DNA from: Nitrospirota bacterium
GTDB taxonomy: Bacteria > Nitrospirota > Thermodesulfovibrionia > Thermodesulfovibrionales > UBA6898
Reading direction: 5' to 3'
Assembly: GCA_004321925.1 (NCBI GenBank)
Contig: SCQH01000017.1
Span: 32,276 to 96,275, forward strand
DNA length: 64,000 nt
Shown: positions 57,946-64,000 of the stretch, in pieces
Layout of the letters: each line of letters opens with the position of its first letter
Numbering within the stretch: position 1 is the first letter of the stretch
Notes under the pieces: model-generated
Databases searched by the model: none
The model's input: the letters and a program-made list of their open reading frames with translations, nothing else
Told to the model about the DNA's origin: nothing
Translations under genes and position numbers: made by a program

Positions 57946-58617
57946 TTACCATGGGCCGGCCAAAAGCTCACTGAAGTCGTCAAGCACCGGGAACTCGGCT
58001 GAACTGCCTTTTTCAGCCCGCGAGCTTGCGTTGGCGTTATAGAGTATGTATCTGATACCGAAGGCCTTCGCGGTCTTAAGGACCGCTTCCGTGTCATCGA
58101 TGAAGAGGGTCCGCTCCTTATCAAAGCCGATGACCGGCTGGACCTTTTCCCAGAACTCAAGCCTCTCTTTCGGATAGCCTGTTTCAAAGGAGGTGATGGC
58201 CGCATTGAAATATTTGCCGAGATCAGTCTTTCTGAACTTCAGGTCCAGCACCTTGTAATGGGCGTTCGTTACCAGAAATACCTTCTTCCTGTGACGTCTC
58301 AGGAGCTTCAGGAAATCCTCCACGTGCGGATGGACCTCGATGAGATGCCTGATCTGCTCCTTGAGGGCAGGGATGTCCAGATCGACCTCCCTGGACCAGA
58401 AATCAATATCGGTCCAGTTCAGCGTCCCCTCGTGGGCCTCATATTTGGCGAGCAGTTCTTCCCTGGCCCTGCCGAAGGTGATGTGGTTCTTCTCGGCATA
58501 TTTTTCAGGCAGCAGGTGTCTCCAGAAGTAGTCATCAAAATATTTGTCAAGCAGGGTCCCGTCCATATCAAGCAGGACATGGTCGATCTCCCGAAACGGT
58601 ATCTTCGCTTCAAGCAT
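57946..58617 (-). CDS. HAD-superfamily hydrolase (subfamily IA-like phosphatase)
   Basis: 'HVLLDMDGTLLD' (DxDGT), 'VTNA', 'LFIDDT'. Confidence 0.8.
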   Translation of the reverse strand: MLEAKIPFREIDHVLLDMDGTLLDKYFDDYFWRHLLPEKYAEKNHITFGRAREELLAKYEAHEGTLNWTDIDFWSREVDLDIPALKEQIRHLIEVHPHVEDFLKLLRRHRKKVFLVTNAHYKVLDLKFRKTDLGKYFNAAITSFETGYPKERLEFWEKVQPVIGFDKERTLFIDDTEAVLKTAKAFGIRYILYNANASSRAEKGSSAEFPVLDDFSELLAGPW

Positions 58618-58638
58618 CAGGATCCCTTGCCCAAGGCT

Positions 58639-59739
58639 CTATACGTTAAAGAGGAAATGCATCACATCCCCGTTGCTGACGACATATTCCCTGCCTTCTG
58701 TGCGGAGCTTGCCTGCGGTGCGTGCGCCTGCCTCTCCGCGGGCCTCGATAAAATCGTCAAAGGCCATGACCTCGGCCCGGATAAAACCGCGTTCAAAATC
58801 GTCATGGATGACCGCCGCGGCCTTCGGCGCCTTCCAGCCGCGTTCGATGGTCCAGGCCCTGACCTCTTTTACCCCTGCGGTAAAATAACTGATAAGCCCG
58901 AGTGCATGATACCCGTGGTTGATTATCTGGTCGAGACCGCTTTCAGACTGGCCGAGAGAGGCAAGAAATTCATTGCGCTCCCCATCGCTCATGCCTGCCA
59001 TCTCTTCCTCTATCTTTGCGCAGATCTTCACTGCCTCGGCATTATGCTCCGCTGCAAATCTGCGGACGGCCCTGACATGTTCGTTGTCTGCCCCCAGCCC
59101 GTCCTCATCGACATTGGCCGCATATATCACCGGCTTTAACGAGATGAGCCTGGTCTCCTTCAGGAGTTCTTTAAAGGCCTCGGATTCCCTGCCGTCAAAA
59201 AGGATGGCCGGCGCACCGGTGTTGAGATGCTCCAGGAGCCTCTGTGCGGTATCGAGCAGCGGCTGGACCTTTTTGTCTCCCCGGGCCTGTTTTTCGAGCC
59301 TGCCGACCCTGTTTTCAAGCGTCTGGATGTCGGCCAGGACCAGCTCAGTGTTGATGACCTCAATGTCGCGCAGCGGATCGACCGTGCCGTCCACATGCAC
59401 GACTGCGTCGTCCTCGAAACATCTCACCACATGCACGATGGCCGACGTTTCCCGGATATGGGAAAGGAACTGGTTGCCGAGGCCCTCGCCTTTTGAAGCC
59501 CCCTTTACCAGCCCGGCAATGTCGGTAAATTCGACGATAGCGTTCTGGACCCTTTGCGGGTTTACGATATCCGACAGCAGGTCGAGGCGCCTGTCGGGGA
59601 CCCCGACAACAGCCTTGTTCGGCTCTATGGTGCAGAACGGATAATTTGCCGCGACCGCATGCTGCTCTTTGGTGAGTGCGTTGAAAAGTGTCGACTTGCC
59701 TACGTTGGGCAGCCCGACGATACCGATACTTAAAGCCAT
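58639..59739 (-). CDS. ychF: Ribosome-binding ATPase YchF
   Basis: 'GIVGLPNVGKSTLFNALT', 'DIAGLVKGAS', and the C-terminal TGS-like 'RAWTIERGWKAPKAAAVIHDDFERGFIRAEV'. Confidence 0.95.
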   Translation of the reverse strand: MALSIGIVGLPNVGKSTLFNALTKEQHAVAANYPFCTIEPNKAVVGVPDRRLDLLSDIVNPQRVQNAIVEFTDIAGLVKGASKGEGLGNQFLSHIRETSAIVHVVRCFEDDAVVHVDGTVDPLRDIEVINTELVLADIQTLENRVGRLEKQARGDKKVQPLLDTAQRLLEHLNTGAPAILFDGRESEAFKELLKETRLISLKPVIYAANVDEDGLGADNEHVRAVRRFAAEHNAEAVKICAKIEEEMAGMSDGERNEFLASLGQSESGLDQIINHGYHALGLISYFTAGVKEVRAWTIERGWKAPKAAAVIHDDFERGFIRAEVMAFDDFIEARGEAGARTAGKLRTEGREYVVSNGDVMHFLFNV

Positions 59740-59820
59740 GATCTTCTCCTGTCTCCAGCCTGTTTATGCATTTTGATGAAAGGGGCGTTCCGTATGTACA
59801 GCATCCATCTCACAGCGGGG

Positions 59821-59850
59821 AAAATCAAAAGGGGTTACTTTCGTAACCCC
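59821..59850 (-). terminator. Terminator-like hairpin in the ychF upstream region, on the ychF coding strand
   Basis: Minus strand GGGGTTAC-GAAA-GTAACCCC (8-bp perfect stem, GNRA loop) followed by TTTTGATTTT. It lies about 80 nt upstream of the ychF ATG. Confidence 0.45.
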
Positions 59851-60076
59851 CTGAAAGTCTCAAACCTGCGGTCTGCGTTCATGGGCCCTCTAAGCGGATC
59901 TCAATGAGATCCCAGACAGATAGTATACCCAATCTCCATGCCGCTTATCCACCTCTCCGGGCCGGGCACACTTATCCTTGACGGCCGGGCGATAAAATGT
60001 GATTATATTGACTAATGACAGATATTCATTATGAAAGGCACTGGTTCCGGCAGGCGGCAAAGGGATCCCTCACGAT

Positions 60077-61123
60077 ATGACTAAATTTACTTCCCTGCTT
60101 CCTGTTGCGATCATTACCCTGCTGGGGTATCTTACCTACCAGATCTTCTCTCCGTTTTTAACGGCGATCGCCTGGGCAGTCGTCTTTTGTGTCATCTTCT
60201 ACCCTGTCCATCACTTTCTCATGAAATATACCCGCTTTGCCTCCCTGGCCTCAGGGATCACCATACTGCTTATCGTGGCCCTGATAATCGGGCCGCTTTC
60301 CTATATGTCCTTTGCCCTTGTCTCTGAGGTCACTGACCTGGTGACCATGACAGACAGGGGAGAGGGTTCGATCTTTGAGAAGATACTCAGCGACAGCAGG
60401 GTGCTTGGGCTCATCAACAGTATCGGGCCCTATACCGGGATCAGCGAAGGGTCTGCCCGGGAGTTCCTGATCGAGGGCGGGAAAAAGCTCGGTCAGGGCA
60501 GCCTCGAGCATTTATCCGCAGGTTTCTCGAATATGGTGCAGGTTGCGGTCAACTTCGTCCTCATGCTCTTTACGGTCTTCTTCCTTTTCAGGGACGGTAC
60601 ACGCCTTGCAGACTGGGTGAGGGACTGGCTGCCGTTCCCTGATGAGCAGAAAGACCGGCTCTTCGGCCAGACAAAAGACCTGATCGTCTCTACCATATAT
60701 GGGGGAGTGGTCGTTGCGCTCAGCCAGGGGATACTTGGTGGTATTGCCTTTGCGATCTTCGGGATTGGAGCGCCGGTGCTCTGGGGGAGTGTTATGGCCC
60801 TCTGCTCCTTTCTGCCTGCCATCGGCACTGCCCTTGTCTGGGCCCCCGCGAGTCTCTTCCTGTTCATTCAGGGCGCCTATCTGAAGGCCCTGGGACTCGT
60901 CCTTGTCGGTGTTTTTGTGATCGGCATGGTCGACAATATCCTGCGGCCGCTTATCATAGGCAGCCGCATCAAGATGCCGGCAATCATCATATTCTTTGCG
61001 GTCATGGGCGGAATTAAGTTCTTCGGGCTTCTCGGGCTCATCCTCGGCCCTCTTGTCTTTACCCTCTTTATTTCGATCTTCGGGATTCTGAGGAACATGG
61101 AAGCTGAGAAGGGCGGTTTATGA
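60077..61123 (+). CDS. AI-2E family transporter (PerM/UPF0118)
   Basis: Eight hydrophobic segments. 'LPAIGTALVWAPASLFLF' and 'MVDNILRPLIIGSRIKMP' are typical of the family. Confidence 0.85.
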   Translation: MTKFTSLLPVAIITLLGYLTYQIFSPFLTAIAWAVVFCVIFYPVHHFLMKYTRFASLASGITILLIVALIIGPLSYMSFALVSEVTDLVTMTDRGEGSIFEKILSDSRVLGLINSIGPYTGISEGSAREFLIEGGKKLGQGSLEHLSAGFSNMVQVAVNFVLMLFTVFFLFRDGTRLADWVRDWLPFPDEQKDRLFGQTKDLIVSTIYGGVVVALSQGILGGIAFAIFGIGAPVLWGSVMALCSFLPAIGTALVWAPASLFLFIQGAYLKALGLVLVGVFVIGMVDNILRPLIIGSRIKMPAIIIFFAVMGGIKFFGLLGLILGPLVFTLFISIFGILRNMEAEKGGL

Positions 61124-61150
61124 CGGGCAGGGAGGCATTGCGCGGGCAAT

Positions 61151-61181
61151 AAAAAAAGGGGTCGGATCGACCCCTTTTTTT
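61151..61181. terminator. Bidirectional Rho-independent terminator between convergent genes
   Basis: AAAAAAA-GGGGTCG-GAT-CGACCCC-TTTTTTT. Confidence 0.65.
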
Positions 61182-61200
61182 ATTGCTCCTTCTGTTCTGC

Positions 61201-61449
61201 CTAACTTTTCTGGATAAAGAGCTCCCAGGTATCGCCTGCCTGCTTGACCGACTCAAACTTGTAGCCCTGCTTTTCTGCAAACTTCGGAAGTGAATCTTCT
61301 GCAGATGCCGGAGCATCGCAGAGGATCTTCAATAACTGCCCGCTGCTCATCTTTTCAAGGGCCTTCTTTGAAAGGACGAGCGGGTAGGGGCATACCCTCC
61401 CGAGAACATCGAGTACCTGGTCCGGCGTCTTACTGCTTAATTCTCCCAT
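61201..61449 (-). CDS. tusA: TusA/SirA-family sulfur carrier protein
   Basis: 'LDVLGRVCPYPLVLSKKALEKMSSGQLLKILCD' contains the CPxP active-site motif. Confidence 0.8.
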   Translation of the reverse strand: MGELSSKTPDQVLDVLGRVCPYPLVLSKKALEKMSSGQLLKILCDAPASAEDSLPKFAEKQGYKFESVKQAGDTWELFIQKS

Positions 61450-61475
61450 GGTTAAATCCTCCTTTTAATTTTTTA

Positions 61476-61886
61476 TTAGAAGAAAAGAACGTGCTTAGCT
61501 TCTTCCATTGCCTTCTGAATTTCAGTGAACGGTACGACCTGTATCTTTTTGTCAGCACCCATCTCGTCCGCATCAGGCATCGCATCTTCCGGTATGCCGT
61601 AGCGGTCGAGGTCTTCCTTGCAGACAAGCACATCGAGGTCCACGAGAAGGGTGTTCTTCATATGACTTTCCGTGCTGGTTATGCCGTAAAGCTCCATGGC
61701 ATTCTGGCCCTTCTGGAGGCCGAGCACCCCCTCGCCAATGAAGCAGAGCTTCGGGGTCACGGTCTCGCCGTCCTCAAGCAGTATCTCTACCGTCTGATAC
61801 GAGATGGCATGTGTGATGGCAAGCCGTGAGGTCTCACCCTTGTACTGGGGTTTCTGGACGATAAAAGCGAGTTTTACATCAGCCAT
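61476..61886 (-). CDS. DsrE/DsrF-like family protein
   Basis: The ATG at 61884..61886 lies behind AGGAGGTG. 'KLAFIVQKPQYKGE...LCFIGEGVLGL...VLVCKEDLDRYGI' resembles DsrF/TusC-type proteins. Confidence 0.6.
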   Translation of the reverse strand: MADVKLAFIVQKPQYKGETSRLAITHAISYQTVEILLEDGETVTPKLCFIGEGVLGLQKGQNAMELYGITSTESHMKNTLLVDLDVLVCKEDLDRYGIPEDAMPDADEMGADKKIQVVPFTEIQKAMEEAKHVLFF

Positions 61887-61887
61887 C

Positions 61888-62247
61888 TTACTCACCTCCT
61901 ATCAGAAGGACCCGGTCGGCTGCATGGATCTTTCCAAGGTACCAGTGCATTGCGTTCCACTGGACGCCCTCGATGCCTTCCGGCTTCTGGATTCCCCTGG
62001 CCACGGTGCAGGCCTCGCAGGTGCAGATCTCGACGCCCTTGGCCACAAGGGCCAGCAGGTGCTTTTCGCCCGTTGAATAGTCCTTTAAATGTTTCTGGTG
62101 AGACTTGACCGAACCGGTTGCATTGCCGGAAAACCATATGCTGACCGTATGCCCCTTGCTGACTGCCGCATCTGCAAGCTTCAGGGCAAAGTCATATGAC
62201 ATATTGCCGACAAGCCCGGGATAACATCCTAATGCCAATTTACCCAT
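61888..62247 (-). CDS. DsrE/DsrF-like family protein
   Basis: The ATG at 62245..62247 lies behind AGGAGG plus 7 nt. '...VSIWFSGNATG...GVEICTCEACTVARGI' resembles the DsrE family. Confidence 0.6.
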   Translation of the reverse strand: MGKLALGCYPGLVGNMSYDFALKLADAAVSKGHTVSIWFSGNATGSVKSHQKHLKDYSTGEKHLLALVAKGVEICTCEACTVARGIQKPEGIEGVQWNAMHWYLGKIHAADRVLLIGGE

Positions 62248-62258
62248 GTCAGTGCCTC

Positions 62259-62555
62259 CTATAGCCACGCGACTTTATCGTAGTCGTTGAAGATCAGATC
62301 CACGATGTCGCTGTAGTTCACTACCTTTACCCTCTTGTCAACATCCGTCACTTTTAATCCCCTTATCTGTATGTCGTCTGACAGGGCATACAGGTTCGGT
62401 GTCTTCTCAAGCAGGGATGATGCCTTCCCGTTCTCTTTTGTGGTCGCATGATACACACCGTTCTGTACAAGTATCAAACCGAGCTTTTCGGCCTTCAACC
62501 TGTCGAGAGTGTCAACCGTCAGTTTAAAGTCACTTACAAATACGCCTAATTTCAT
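62259..62555 (-). CDS. DsrH/TusB-like protein
   Basis: The ATG at 62553..62555 lies behind AGGAGGAG plus 5 nt. 'LILVQNGVYHA...LYALSDDIQIRGL...VNYSDIVDLI...KVAWL' fits the DsrH pattern. Confidence 0.6.
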   Translation of the reverse strand: MKLGVFVSDFKLTVDTLDRLKAEKLGLILVQNGVYHATTKENGKASSLLEKTPNLYALSDDIQIRGLKVTDVDKRVKVVNYSDIVDLIFNDYDKVAWL

Positions 62556-62723
62556 ACGGTCTCCTCCTGTTTGGATTTGGGTCTGCAAGGATAATTTTAT
62601 AACAGGAGACCGGCCAATTTGTCAATAAATACAGTGATAAGAATAGCTTATAGGTTTTGGGCTGCGATCAGGTGGTCGGGCCGGGAGAAATCAGGGAGGG
62701 TGATCAGGGAAGTTAATACAGGG

Positions 62724-63221
62724 TCAGCGGCAGGCAGAACGCTCTTCGTATATCCTTTCTTCGTCTGTTTTGATCTCCCCATTGAAGACGGCCTGATGCA
62801 TGACCCCGGTGATGGTCATCATGGCAGTGCAATCAAGCTCCTTAAGTTTTCTGAGCGTAAAGAACAGCGTCATTCCCAGAGCAGAGGCCCCGCACACCAC
62901 GTCGAGCGACGGGATTCCGTAGAGGCTGCCAGCTATATGCCCGGCAGCTGCCCCGGCAAGAAGGAAGATGAGCGGGATGATATATGCCAGAAAATATCCG
63001 CGGATCTTGGTTCCCGTATCAAGGCCTATCCTGACCGTATCGCCGACCTTTGCCCCGGCCCCGTTGGTCACCGTCAGCTGCATGGAGGTGTCGGCCGCCC
63101 TGCAGAGCCCGATGGCTGCAGCTCCGCAGCCCTTGCAGGAATGTCCGCCCTTCATATGGACCACCGCTTTATCGCCCTTCAGGGCGATGACATTTCCAAA
63201 TTCCGGGACTGTCGGTTTCAT
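62724..63221 (-). CDS. RseC/MucC (SoxR-reducing system) family membrane protein
   Basis: 'GNVIALKGDKAVVHMKGGHSCKGCGAAAIGLC...' is followed by two TM helices. The start is taken at the internal 'MKPTVPEF'. Confidence 0.7.
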   Translation of the reverse strand: MKPTVPEFGNVIALKGDKAVVHMKGGHSCKGCGAAAIGLCRAADTSMQLTVTNGAGAKVGDTVRIGLDTGTKIRGYFLAYIIPLIFLLAGAAAGHIAGSLYGIPSLDVVCGASALGMTLFFTLRKLKELDCTAMMTITGVMHQAVFNGEIKTDEERIYEERSACR

Positions 63222-63324
63222 GATTTTAGTATATGCCGGGCAGGCAGCGGCCGCTATGACACGGATCATAATCAGGCCAGGGTATTCGATAAATTTTCAG
63301 GGCCGGGCATGCTAATATACCGTC

Positions 63325-64000
63325 ATGAACATCCTTGAGAGGCTCTATTATTCGGGGTTTCTGCTGATAAAGAAGTACCGGGAGGGGCAGAGTAAGACCC
63401 TCCCCTGCAGGGTCGTCAGTATCGGCAATCTGACGGTCGGAGGGACAGGAAAAACACCGGCCGCCATCGCTGTTGCCGGGGAAGCGCTCAGCCGCGGATT
63501 CTCCCCGGTCGTCCTGACGCGGGGATACCGGGGAAATGCCTCAGGTCCCTGTTTTGTCACAAGGGGGGAGGGGCCGCTGCTGACCGTGGAGGAGGCAGGG
63601 GACGAACCGTATCTTATGGCGACGGTGATGAAGGGTGTGCCGGTGGTCAAGGCATCAAACCGGTATGAGGGCGGCATGTTTGCGGTCAGCAGGCTGGGAG
63701 AGGGGGACCCCGGTTTTATATCCAGGGCCCTGTTCATCCTGGACGACGGGTTCCAGCATACGCAGCTCTACAGGGACAGGGACGTCCTGCTGATCGATGC
63801 TGATGACCCCTTCGGCAACGGCAGATTACTTCCGCTCGGGAGACTGCGGGAGCCGGTAACGTCTCTGGAGCGGGCGGATATCATTGTCATAACCAAAGGG
63901 GGCGTCCTGTTTGAGGGCAGGGGGCCGGCCATCGAGCGCTTGATCAATCTCATACGGGAGAACAACACAAAGGCACCGCTCTTTATTGCCGACCATGTCC
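63325..64000 (+). CDS. lpxK: Tetraacyldisaccharide 4'-kinase, 3'-truncated by the window edge (absent from the ORF track)
   Basis: My own translation from the ATG at 63325: 'MNILERLYYSGFLLIKKYREGQSKTLPCRVVSIGNLTVGGTGKTPAAIAVA...LTRGYRG...EAGDEPYLMA...LDDGFQH...DPFGNGRLLPLGRLREP'. The frame has no stop through nt 64000. Confidence 0.85.
   Translation, partial: MNILERLYYSGFLLIKKYREGQSKTLPCRVVSIGNLTVGGTGKTPAAIAVAGEALSRGFSPVVLTRGYRGNASGPCFVTRGEGPLLTVEEAGDEPYLMATVMKGVPVVKASNRYEGGMFAVSRLGEGDPGFISRALFILDDGFQHTQLYRDRDVLLIDADDPFGNGRLLPLGRLREPVTSLERADIIVITKGGVLFEGRGPAIERLINLIRENNTKAPLFIADHV

Noticed and set aside
58258-59139. 293-aa plus-strand ORF
   Set aside because: It is antisense across the HAD hydrolase/ychF junction, and both minus-strand genes have strong family motifs.

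Overview
This is a 64-kb chromosomal window from a Gram-negative, probably anaerobic bacterium. lpxK and mreBCD-mrdA-rodA indicate a diderm. A pentaheme cytochrome c, DsrE/F/H-like and TusA genes, a B12-dependent class II RNR, Fe-S proteins and a probable selenoprotein suggest an anaerobic lifestyle; the lineage is inference only. ORF-track coordinates include the stop codon. Most of the window is housekeeping: fba, icd, glgP, an M16 peptidase pair, a MacB-type ABC/HlyD exporter, gyrA, rsmG, mnmG, nrdJ, zapA/zapB-like, ychF and one tRNA(CAT). I saw no CRISPR array, IS element, integrase, rRNA or recognisable defence gene.

Five things stand out.
1. At 13.5-28.1 kb there is a duplicated set of signalling genes. 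It comprises two paralogous MCP-like transducers with a C-terminal, apparently cytoplasmic PhnD-type binding domain; two orphan periplasmic PhnD-type binding proteins with no ABC partners; and two co-linear 96-aa nine-cysteine 'CW' proteins. This is my best candidate for an undescribed system.
2. The ORF caller split a rhodanese/di-iron fusion gene (8330..9151, minus strand). An in-frame UGA sits exactly at the rhodanese catalytic Cys, and a hairpin lies 13 nt downstream, so selenocysteine is likely.
3. An A/T-richer five-gene operon of secreted proteins lies at the left edge (1..5948). It includes a Zn-phospholipase-C-like protein, and two of its products share a C-terminal domain.
4. A triple-PAS protein ends in a Cys/His-rich 60-aa tail instead of a known output domain.
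5. The nrdJ promoter is well defined and carries two NrdR-box-like sites 31 bp apart.

Two genes run off the window and the ORF track misses or truncates them: the left-edge gene (open from nt 1) and lpxK (63325 to beyond 64000). All family calls come from motif recognition by eye; I ran no database search.
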